In this document: piece after piece, positions 10,269 through 18,781 of the stretch
Position numbering within the stretch: position 1 is the stretch's first letter
Layout of the letters: the number at the start of each line of letters is the position of its first letter
The notes under the pieces: generated by a model
Database searches by the model: none
Seen by the model: only the letters and a program-made list of their open reading frames with translations
What the model was told of the DNA's origin: nothing
DNA from: Amoeboradix gromovi X-113
Lineage: Eukaryota; Fungi; Sanchytriomycota
Assembly: GCA_018985225.1 (NCBI GenBank)
Contig: JADGIF010000123.1
Span: 1-18,781 of the forward strand
Length of the DNA: 18,781 bases
Direction of reading: 5' to 3'
Made by a program: the position numbers and the translations under genes

Positions 10269-10704
10269 CATGTGAGACACCAGATATAAAAACTAGACCA
10301 AGCCGTTTTTAAAGTAGGTGCTCCATAAGGAGGAATTACTATTATTAACAAAAGTCCTTCCTCTTTCATTAATGTCATTCCTCTCTTTAAAAAAACAATA
10401 TGACTCATTATCTCTTTCAATAAGATGTTTGAGTGTCTAAGCCAAAGGTGCATTTTCTTAGGCGATACTCTTTATCTGTTCTATTTCCTTTTCTTCTTAC
10501 CACCTTTCTTATAACCTATTTTTTGTTTTCTCTTCTTCTTGTTAATCATTGTTTCTAAGATTTTGATGGATGAAAAGCTTCTATACTAAAATAATTTACT
10601 TGAACCGGTTAGATTACTTTAATTTACTATCGGTTAATACACTTGAAATAATGATTCAAACTACTTCAGAAAGTTAGTCTAGTTTTTAAATCTGATGTCC
10701 CATG
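10269..10704. mobile_element. Non-autonomous TIR element (MITE-like, ~436 bp), IS630/Tc1-mariner-like
   Basis: Imperfect inverted termini CATGTGAGACACCAGATATAAAAACTAGACCAAG (from 10269) and GTTAGTCTAGTTTTTAAATCTGATGTCCCATG (10673-10704). The internal minus-strand remnant VSPKKMHLWLRHS resembles an IS630-type transposase C-terminus. Confidence 0.7.
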
Positions 10705-10996
10705 TGTTTCCTACCAGTTCAAGCACAATTGATTGGCTTTATTGAGGATGACCACGATAGAATTGTTTTATGAATACGTTTTATCAAAATTGTTGAATTT
10801 GTGGGTTTAATTGATTGCTTTGGTGTTACTGTAATGGTACGATAAGATTTGTATGCCATAGTTTTAAGTAGTCCTTATCTGGGATTTTGTTCGCCTCACA
10901 TCTCAATGTCCCTTTAATTTTTCAAATTACTGTAGCCTCAGTTCAGCATTTCTTTATTGCATATACCCCCATATATCAATTCTCGGATAAAACATT

Positions 10997-13339
10997 ATGC
11001 AAAAAATTCCTCACTTTATTGGTAAACCAGCTCCAATTGGTTACGTTGCTGGAATAAGCAGAGGAGCAAAAGGATTTACGACTGAAGCATCCGTAGGCAG
11101 GGTCGCCGAAGCTAGCGAAAAACCGGATGAGGAAGCAATAAAGATTTTTGATCAAATCGAAAACAAACTTAAAAAACGTAAAAGAAATGAGGTCTCAAAT
11201 AGCGATTTAGCTCCTTCACTTGATATTAAGAACGAATTGGTGGGAATGAGTATGGATGATTGGAACAGTATTCCGGAACCTAAAAATATATCAAGGAAGA
11301 AGAAGAGAAAAATTTCGGAAACTTTTTCAGAGGTTCCGGATAAACTGGTGCTTAACGATGGACTTAATGCATTGAATCAAGAACAAAGCTTTTCTGATTA
11401 TTTAGACAAGACTTCTTTAAAAACTGTTGAGGATTTTGGAGACATTCGAAAGGCAAGAGATATGCTAAACTCTGTGGTAGGTTCAAATCAATTTAGCGCT
11501 CCATCCTGGATTGCTCTTGCTCGAATTGAAGAAGCAAGCAAGGACATACAAAAAGCAAGGCAAATAATTTTACAAGGATGTGAGAAATGCACAGGAAGTG
11601 AAGATATTTGGTTGGAAGCAGTTAGATTACATTCTTTGGACAAGGGCAAGGGCATATTAGGTCAGGCAGTTCGTTTTATTCCTAGATCAGTTGAGATTTG
11701 GAAAAAAGCTGCAGAACTGGAAACGAAAATTGAAAGTAAACGCCTTATTTTGAGGAAAGCAGTGGAACGCATACCTGACTCTCTTGAATTATGGAAATGT
11801 GTTATAGATTTAGAAACGGAGCCAAATACTGTTATTCCACTTTTAAAAAAAGCAATTGATTTTATACCCTCAGGGATTGATTTTTATTTAGCATTGTACA
11901 GTTTACAACATTACGATGATGCAAAGACTACTTTGAGCACGGGCCGTCTAAAGAATCCTCAAAATGAATCCATCTGGCTGCATTCAGCTTATTTGGAGGA
12001 GTCCAATTCTCAAGGTCCTCTAGTTGACAGCACAATTACTTCGTTTCATAAAGTTGTAGAACTGGATCGTTCAAAATGGCTTCAATTGGCATTGGATTCT
12101 GATTTATCTAAATTTCCACAAACAGCCAAATCTATAGTTGACATATGCGTGAAAAATATATGCGATTCGGACTGCCAGCTAGCTAGTAGCTGTAACTGTC
12201 CTACTTTGACTCGTTATCTGTATCAACTTTTATCAAATAGAACAGATGAGCCTCATTTAGAATTATACCAAAAGCAGTTTTCATTGCTGTCAGATGATAA
12301 GGATATTGAGGAATTTCTTGTCAAGTCATCTCGAGAAGTTCAATGTGATGTCTTGTGGCTTCAATATGCGAAGTCCAGATCAAACCATGTAGAAGCACTG
12401 AAAATACTGGAAAAAGCTTTGAATCATATAGATACCATGGAAATATACATAAGTATATGTAAGATTTATGCTCTATTACAGAGATATGACGAAGGGTTAA
12501 AATTCGCTGACATTGGAATAAGCAAATTTGTTAAACCCAGGATGTACCTGAAAAAAGCAGTGCTGTTAAAATATAAATCCAAACCAATAGATTTTATACA
12601 ACACTGCATTGATTTGTTTCCTAAATACTTTAAGTTTTACTTGTTGCTGGCCGAGTGCGTGATGCCGGATAAGCAATTGCAAGTCTTAAATAGAGGCATA
12701 AAGGTATTAAACAACGACATACTATATATGCATGTTGGTAAAGTGTTAGAGAGGCAAGGTAAAATGGCTCGCAGTAGAGCGGCTTTAGAAAGAGGTAGAA
12801 AGCACTGTAATAACTCTGAATTGTTATTCCAAAGTCAAAGTAGACTTGAGATGAGGAACAAAAATCAAAATTTGGCACTACAGGTGTTATTGAGAGGCCT
12901 ATCTTTGTTTCCAAACTCTGGTCGCTTGTGGAGTGAAATCATATTTGTTGAGTCGTCTGTAAAGCAAAAAAGCATGGTGATTGAGGCACTGAAGAGATGC
13001 CCAGAGGACTATCTAGTTTTTCTTGCTTGTGCGCATTATTACTGGAGAATGGAGGATTATGAAAAAGCAAGGGAATGGTTTAACAAGGGAGTGGCACTAA
13101 ATCCAAAATACGGCGATGGCTATATAACTTGGTATGCATTTGAATGTAGTACTGGTAGTCCAGATCATGTTGCAGAACTGGCTTTAAGAAGCGAGCCCAA
13201 GTATGGAGAACTATACACCGCTTATTCAAAAAACTGGCACAATTTGAGTGTAGTACAGATATTGAAAGAGGCATCAAAATGGATTAAAAGCGATGAGCTC
13301 TTACAACACACTAGAATAGTTGACATTTTTATTGAATAA
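10997..13339 (+). CDS. PRP6: Pre-mRNA splicing factor Prp6 (U5-102K), 780 aa
   Basis: PRP1_N motif FIGKPAPIGYVAGISRGAKGFTT; DWNSIPE; GDIRKAR..L.SV...N...APSWIALARIEE; HAT/TPR repeats; C-terminal EPKYGE. Confidence 0.95.
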   Translation: MQKIPHFIGKPAPIGYVAGISRGAKGFTTEASVGRVAEASEKPDEEAIKIFDQIENKLKKRKRNEVSNSDLAPSLDIKNELVGMSMDDWNSIPEPKNISRKKKRKISETFSEVPDKLVLNDGLNALNQEQSFSDYLDKTSLKTVEDFGDIRKARDMLNSVVGSNQFSAPSWIALARIEEASKDIQKARQIILQGCEKCTGSEDIWLEAVRLHSLDKGKGILGQAVRFIPRSVEIWKKAAELETKIESKRLILRKAVERIPDSLELWKCVIDLETEPNTVIPLLKKAIDFIPSGIDFYLALYSLQHYDDAKTTLSTGRLKNPQNESIWLHSAYLEESNSQGPLVDSTITSFHKVVELDRSKWLQLALDSDLSKFPQTAKSIVDICVKNICDSDCQLASSCNCPTLTRYLYQLLSNRTDEPHLELYQKQFSLLSDDKDIEEFLVKSSREVQCDVLWLQYAKSRSNHVEALKILEKALNHIDTMEIYISICKIYALLQRYDEGLKFADIGISKFVKPRMYLKKAVLLKYKSKPIDFIQHCIDLFPKYFKFYLLLAECVMPDKQLQVLNRGIKVLNNDILYMHVGKVLERQGKMARSRAALERGRKHCNNSELLFQSQSRLEMRNKNQNLALQVLLRGLSLFPNSGRLWSEIIFVESSVKQKSMVIEALKRCPEDYLVFLACAHYYWRMEDYEKAREWFNKGVALNPKYGDGYITWYAFECSTGSPDHVAELALRSEPKYGELYTAYSKNWHNLSVVQILKEASKWIKSDELLQHTRIVDIFIE

Positions 13340-13345
13340 ACATAT

Positions 13346-13469
13346 CTCCTCGTTAAAAGTCCAGATTTCCGAGAAAATCGAGAATTTCCACAGAGAAACT
13401 AATGCTAGATGCTCCGTTACAGTGATCGCTCACGCTTTCACTACCCTGAGGCGGGATTAAATAAGGATG
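13346..13469 (-). ncRNA. Putative omegaRNA scaffold, copy 2 (putative guide from 13345 downward: ATATGTTTATTCAATAAAAA)
   Basis: Conserved with 505-631. Contains a GTGA-GCGA-TCAC GNRA hairpin (13422-13433) and a GATTTT-CTCG-GAAATC hairpin. Confidence 0.6.
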
Positions 13470-13595
13470 CATATACATGATGTATATGTTCCTTGCTGCC
13501 AAATGGTCTCTATCTATCTCCAAATGACAATTATCACAAGTGTAGGTTTCTAAATTGGTTTTATTATGAGTTTTTGTTCCATTTACCATTGACAA
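13353..13595 (-). pseudogene. TnpB/Fanzor C-terminal fragment (half zinc finger plus RuvC-III)
   Basis: TYTCDNCHLEIDRDHLAARNI matches the CxxC...DRD..AARNI signature of TnpB/Fanzor. RuvC-I, RuvC-II and the first CxxC are absent. Confidence 0.85.
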
Positions 13596-13904
13596 TAAAG
13601 GAAGAGTATCGGGATTTTATACCTTTGGAAATGTTGTAGAAAAGAGTTGATTGGTAAATATTTATTTATTTTTTCGTCTAATCATGATAATTAATTAATT
13701 CCAATAAAATTAAAAGCTGATTGGCTCGATATTATTTTTGGACATTATGTCAGAACAAACACTGGTGTCACATGTCGGCGGAGTTTTGTCCTATAGCGGG
13801 CTTTGCGGCCATCCGATTTCAGATCGAGTTTGATAGCTATAAAGACCTAGGGAAGAGCTACAGATAAATGCTGAAAATAGCAAAGTCAACAGAATGTCGA
13901 TGGG

Positions 13905-13987
13905 GACTTTATGTCAAGTACGGTCCCATATTTGTCCAATAGTAAGAGTTTATGACATTTTGTCATATCAGGTCCCATTTGATGTCT
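13905..13987. repeat. Imperfect direct repeat (49-bp offset) rich in phased GTC motifs
   Basis: GACTTTATGTCAAGTACGGTCCCATATTTGTCC (13905) versus GACATTTTGTCATATCAGGTCCCATTTGATGTCT (13954). Confidence 0.6.
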
Positions 13988-14590
13988 CGAATAGATTAAA
14001 ACTTCAAAAGTTATGTTAGCAGAAAGCTACTACAAGTAAAACATTTACTGGTTTACAAGCATGCCATAGTTTTGTGAATGATTGCTATCCGAGGTCATCT
14101 CAGCCAATCTCACCACGTTGTCATATGTAACACTTAGCTCTCCAATAAACTCTAATCTGTATTCAGCTTTCTGTCGCAATGTGGTCAGTTTCTGTTGAAA
14201 CTGTGTGTTAGATTATTGGTCCTTCTGATACTCTAGATCCATTTTTTCCATCATTTGACGGTATTCCAATTGCTCAGTTGAGTTTCTGCTATTATGGTAC
14301 TGATGCCTATGCATGTTCTGGTTAGGCATGAATCCGGCGTCCTCCCGTTCTTTTGTTCTCAGATTCAGCTCTCTTATATTGTTCAGTACTTTGGTTCTAT
14401 CAGTCCATGTCTGCAAATACTGATCATACTGCTGGATGATGTTTTGGAGTATCTTTCCTTTGATGTTGTTCAGGTGGGTTTACTCATTCTGAGTTTCTGA
14501 CATGATGTAGAGAGGGGCTGCTTATATCCTTTTAGAGCAATGATCATGATAACAGAATTAAATGAAACACTTTTTTTGTAATAGATAATA

Positions 14591-14806
14591 CATGGGACAT
14601 GCTCTGTAAAAACTAGACTAGACAATTTTTATCGTAATTTCAAAAATAAATATTTTGTACAACTATTCTTCTATTCTTTCATCTAGTCTTCATTTTAGAG
14701 ACATAAGGCAACCATTGACTTCACGATGAAAATTAAATTTATTACACTACAGAGATTACAAAGCAAACATGGACTATCAAAAAAAAGAATCCGAAAAAAT
14801 AAATGA
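14591..14806 (+). mobile_element. TIR plus a transposase-like remnant of the same Tc1/IS630-like family
   Basis: TA|CATGGGACATGCTCTGTAAAAACTAGACTAGAC matches the TIR. Short ORF 14726-14806 (LQRLQSKHGLSKKRIRK) resembles the end of an IS630/Tc1 HTH region. Confidence 0.55.
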
Positions 14807-15269
14807 CTAATTCGTTAATTTTTATTCAATCAAGATAGTGACATTTTGTCAGAATAGACTTGTATTTTAGGAGATGGGATGTTTCAAGCCATTTATCTCG
14901 AATAGTCAGAAACGGTTGAAGAAGGCCAAAAAGATCGAGCTGAGTACAATCCACGAGAAATTGACAAATGAAATCAAAATCAAATCAAGTAAATAACTTG
15001 CATTTTAAAAAAACAAAAATAGTGTCTTCAATGGAGCATCGAAATCTTGCTGATTATACCTTGTACTTGCAGACATCAGACACAAAGTATATGAAACTGT
15101 TACTCGCGAAAATCAGGACAAACGATTGCAATGACACTTAAATCTGCATTACAACCGGGATACTCAAACAAGGTCATTGAGAAATTAAATGAAATTGTAC
15201 CGAGAAAAAAAGAAACCAAAAGGCTGTTATCCAATAAACCGATACTTCTCATCACTCTCTCATTGTGTT

Positions 15270-15814
15270 TTATGGGCCTTTCTTGTAATACCCCGTCTGA
15301 TCCCAAGCACTTGAGTGCTCAAAGTTGCGATGCTCTTGGGCCATTTTTAGTGGTTCTTCTACAACCATTTTCCTATCCTCATCGTATCTAACTTCAGTGA
15401 TCCACTTTACGGGAGATCTTTGCGAAGCGCATATCCAGTAAATCCGCAATCTGTAAGAATTCTACGTAAATCTGGGTGGTTACTAACATCACTCCATACA
15501 TATCATAAGCCTCTCTTTCAAACCAATTTCCACTCTTGAATAGGCCAGTAATACTAGGCACCATATCTGCTCAGTAGTTGTTGTAGCTATCTGAATTCTC
15601 GAATTGAAGTGAACACTTGGCATCGCATCTACTAAGTTATCGCGATGTACATTCAAAACTAACTCGTCTTTCCACAATTCATATGATTGCACTGGTAAGC
15701 AATTTATCAAATAGTCTGCATATTCGGACAATGTTCATTTATTTGTGGGACTTCTACCGCTTTTCTCATTATAGGTATTCCTTGTGGTTTATTACGAAGA
15801 AATCTGCTGAGCAT
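15270..15814 (-). pseudogene. NDUFS3: NADH:ubiquinone oxidoreductase 30 kDa subunit (NDUFS3/Nad9/NuoC) pseudogene
   Basis: Pieced across frames: MLSRFLRNK... / SEYADYLINCLP..LWKDEL / SVHFNSRIQI / [24 protein letters not shown] / [26 protein letters not shown] / EVRYDEDRKMVVEEPLKMAQEHRNF..SAW. About four frameshifts, an in-frame TAA (15409-15407) and an internal deletion near 15617. Confidence 0.9.
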
Positions 15815-16113
15815 GATGTTACGGCGGAGTTTAAAAATATCAAAAGCCTTGAAAACAGCTAAACAGCTAATCTTCTCAGTTGGTTATCATTGACGCCGTG
15901 CAAACAATTGCAAGAATCCAGCAAGTACCTCCAGATTGAGATGACATGTCTTTTGAGATAGCTGTTGCAGACTAATATTCCGCCATTTATTCCTCGGAAT
16001 AGCCTCTTTGCAAGTCATCAGTATATCAGCATTTTGCTGCAAAGTAAATTGATTTGAATGAAAATATAAACTTATAATCTTTATTATCTGTTACTCTGAA
16101 GTGCAGCACTAGT

Positions 16114-17073
16114 TCAATCATGGTTTGGTGATTCAGCCTGTCTATTATAAATGATATCCAAATTATGTTGTAGAATATCTGCATTGCACGAGCTCTGATC
16201 ACATAAATCAGCTAAATCAGAAACCGTTAAAGATTCCATAGATTGTCTTACCTGGATTGCAAATTGTGAGTCTGTTGACTCGGCTTGATCATCGTCACAA
16301 TCCATCTTAAAGACAGACAGAAGATATATATAGTCATGTACATCTATCGCTTCACCCTCTAAAAAAGTGCATATGCCATTATGTTTGGGAACAACACTTT
16401 GAAATCGAGGTTCACAAAACACCAGAAGAACAAAACTTCGAAAGTCTCTTTGAGTCAGATTCTCAACATTTAAACCATACACAGTATAAGTATTGCTAAG
16501 TAAAACATAGCTGGGTGATCTCATAAACTTTTTAATCAAGAGAACACTCAGGTTTTCATGATTTAGAATAGCAGTTATGCTTTTACGAAATGAGTAGTTG
16601 GGTGCCAGATGTGCATATGACCACAAAATTGACAGACGAGTCAGTATATATTTTCCACTGCATTGTTTAATAAAACAGTTCGCTAAGCCATCATAAAATT
16701 TTATGAGCACTGAAGAAGATCTAAAACTGTCGTATTTCAAAAGGTTATAAGTGATCGTCTGATCTTCTATTAGCTCTACAAGATCTAGGCATTTATTGTA
16801 TGGCATAGAATCGAGATGGCTAATGCTTTTGCATTGCAATAATGGATTGGAGCATCCATCGATGTACTTGAGGAATAGTTTGGGATTCTTAACAGACTCC
16901 ATCAATGGCTCAAACAAAGCTTTGATATCAATAGCAGATTTACTTTGCGGACATGAATTGTCTGTAGGACCTGCAATTAAAATTGTGGGAAGTAACATCC
17001 TGAAATCCAGTGTCTCAGCCATTTCACGCAAATTGGTATCAAAATTGATTTCAATTCTTGCTATGCAACACAC
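16114..17073 (-). CDS. Hypothetical protein (>=319 aa; true start uncertain)
   Basis: Long ORF whose frame stays open upstream to ~17133. A possible 19-nt intron at 17133-17151 would extend it to ATGs near 17194-17200. No family recognised with confidence. Confidence 0.55.
   Translation of the reverse strand: MCCIARIEINFDTNLREMAETLDFRMLLPTILIAGPTDNSCPQSKSAIDIKALFEPLMESVKNPKLFLKYIDGCSNPLLQCKSISHLDSMPYNKCLDLVELIEDQTITYNLLKYDSFRSSSVLIKFYDGLANCFIKQCSGKYILTRLSILWSYAHLAPNYSFRKSITAILNHENLSVLLIKKFMRSPSYVLLSNTYTVYGLNVENLTQRDFRSFVLLVFCEPRFQSVVPKHNGICTFLEGEAIDVHDYIYLLSVFKMDCDDDQAESTDSQFAIQVRQSMESLTVSDLADLCDQSSCNADILQHNLDIIYNRQAESPNHD
16143..16219. repeat. Perfect inverted repeat, left arm (partner 18705-18781)
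   Basis: 77/77 nt identical to the reverse complement of 18705-18781. Confidence 0.95.
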
Positions 17074-17450
17074 AGCACAGAAACTGAAAATGTCTGTTGC
17101 TTTTTGGTATTGTGGGTGATAGAATTCCTCAACTTAACGTGTTAAAGCCACATTGTGTGCAAAATTGCTCCACTGCCATCAAACAGGAATACATTGTCAT
17201 CACAAGTCCTGTTTTAGGATTAGTACCGCTAGAGTCGCGGGGTGTTGCTTTGGTAGTGGTGCGTACATATTAGATCCTTAACATTTTCGAGTAAAGCAGA
17301 AGTGTCAATTCCATGATATCCAGTCGGGTTCCAGAGCGTAATCAGAGTAGCACATAGATCGAAATAGAGTACAACTAATCACAAAATAATATTTGGTGAT
17401 ACTGTGCTACAATTTGGTCAAAAAGGAGCGGTCTCTCTTTTCACAATCGC

Positions 17451-18322
17451 ATGATCTTATCAACTGTCATTCTGAGTGTTCCTGAATTACAAGCTGGAAA
17501 TTATGGATATGTCGTCGAAAAACATGGAGAGCTTGAGGCAACGGTTAATCTTGAATCTGTAGAAAGAGATTCGTATAATTTTAAGGATCACGGAATCCAG
17601 TTGCTGGATTTGGAAGAAGATGGTGATCATGGACGTATTTTATTGAATTTTTTGGGAGATACTGATTATCTTAGAGCACTTGGAGTATCGCAGTCAAATG
17701 CAAGTAAGAACAAGGAAATGTTTTTGCTCAAAATGAAGTCAGGTATTTTTTTGCTTATCTAGAGGAATTAAAAAAAATTGTTGAGAATTATTTGAAATAT
17801 AAAATGGGTAGTGAAGTGATATGTGGAAAACCATATTTGAGAGCAGTACCATTACAATTTTGGGGTTTAGGGGTCCCTCATTTCTTTACACAATTTCACT
17901 TAGATTATTTTGGTTCTGATGGAAGTCGTACTTGTCTCGATGAAATTAAAGCATTGCCTGGCTTAGACGACTCAAAAAGAGAATACGAATTTGATGAATT
18001 TGAAGATTACGTTTTGAATTTTTGGTGGCCATTAAAGGAAGAACCCACTAGTCCTGTTTTAGGATTAGTCCCTTTGGATTCTGTTGAAAATTCTCAAATC
18101 AAGAAAAACCTCAGGAATAACTTTCTCTTAACAAGCAAGGAAATCAATGCGGTTTACTTCCCAGGGATGAATCGTCAGACGCCTCTGATCTTCAAGTCCA
18201 ATCTCATTGGACATGCTTCTGTTGATATTCCGAACAAGCAACCAGACAGAGAAAGTATAGACTATCGCTGCCTTGTGAGAAAGCCCACAGAAATCCCACA
18301 AGTTGGTGTCGTGGCAAATTAA
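17451..18322 (+). CDS. CmcJ/NvfI/AsaB (GA4-desaturase-like) oxidoreductase; exons 17451-17742 and 17763-18322 (~283 aa)
   Basis: Motifs FHLDY (HxD), LNFWWPL, YFPGM....LIFK, GHAS and RESIDYRCLV follow the order typical of this family. A 20-nt intron joins the two ORFs (KS|EELKKIVENYLKYK). Confidence 0.7.
17743..17762 (+). other. 20-nt spliceosomal intron
   Basis: GTATTTTTTTGCTTATCTAG, phase 1; removal deletes the TAG stop and brings ORF 17792-18322 into frame. Confidence 0.8.
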
Positions 18323-18704
18323 TAGCCTTTTGTACATCTCGAGGATAAAATAAATGATTTTGATTTTACATGTGAGTTTTGCATTCTCATATGACCTGCA
18401 TTACATTGCAGCTGCAATTCTACTCATTTGCAGTAAACTGTGTGGATGTTTTTGCAAATTTACAGCGTACCTCATAAAGTTTTATTCTCCGGATCATTAC
18501 TAATATCATTTGAAAGCCTTGATTAGTAAAACTCAGAGCCATGTTCTATTCACTCTTGCGGTCACATAATCTAAGTTTGAGATTTTGCAAATAGCTTGAA
18601 TCTTTACAACAGGAAAATATTTATTTGAAGTTGATCTGAATCCGTATTTAATGTCCTATATGTTGTAACAGCAGAAATCGATTGATCAATATTAAATCTT
18701 TGCT

Positions 18705-18781
18705 TGATTTAGCTGATTTATGTGATCAGAGCTCGTGCAATGCAGATATTCTACAACATAATTTGGATATCATTTATAATA
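18705..18781. repeat. Perfect inverted repeat, right arm (runs off the window end)
   Basis: Reverse complement of 16143-16219. Confidence 0.95.

Larger units (their letters stand above)
13346..13988 (-). mobile_element. Internally deleted TnpB/Fanzor element (IS607/Fanzor2-like), copy 2; right end at 13346, left end tentative
   Basis: The right end is defined by shared homology with copy 1 ending at GAGGAG. The candidate left end is a repeat-rich block (13741-13987) that begins after GAG on the minus strand. Confidence 0.6.

Noticed and set aside
2125-13277. Short ORFs antisense to or nested in real genes (e.g. 2125-2397, 2778-2978, 5853-6203, 6274-6534, 8688-8888, 8855-9163, 8959-9186, 12630-12914, 13080-13277)
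   Set aside because: Shadow frames of well-supported genes with no motifs of their own.
13741-13990. CRISPR-like array
   Set aside because: The repeats are short, degenerate and irregularly spaced, with no repeat-spacer architecture, in a eukaryotic context.
14045-14500. ORF 14213-14416(-) and its continuation, faintly gag-like
   Set aside because: No zinc knuckle, protease, RT or LTR seen. The shared 13-mer ATGCCATAGTTTT (~10853 and ~14061) does not extend.
17416-17435. Partial match (GGTCAAAAAG) to the copy-1 putative guide
   Set aside because: Only 10 nt, A-rich and missing the first guide bases; expected by chance.
1890-18322. Stop-codon reassignment or programmed frameshifting as the cause of split ORFs
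   Set aside because: Long genes end at normal TAA/TAG/TGA, and each split is cleanly explained by a GT-AG micro-intron.

Overview
AT-rich, very compact eukaryotic nuclear DNA read in the standard code, probably from an early-diverging fungus or similar opisthokont (taxon is inference). A dense gene block at 1.6-9.6 kb encodes a small secreted-type protein, an EST1/SMG5-6-7-like NMD factor, transportin/Kap104, a four-doublecortin-domain protein, an unknown basic protein, a CAP/PR-1 protein and a DUF2358-like protein. PRP6 and a CmcJ/NvfI/AsaB-like oxidoreductase lie further on. Five broken ORFs are repaired by ultra-short 19-20 nt GT-AG introns. Between genes are two inverted relics of a TnpB/Fanzor element (most like IS607-associated Fanzor2). 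They share a structured ~125 nt 3' end, a likely omegaRNA scaffold, that stops sharply at TTTTAACGAGGAG and is followed by a different flank (putative guide) in each copy; one flank is antisense to the PRP6 stop codon. Also present are a Tc1/IS630-like TIR family with one ~436 bp MITE-like copy, a decayed complex I NDUFS3 pseudogene, and a perfect inverted repeat of at least 77 bp that runs off the right edge. All calls come from manual reading; no searches were run.
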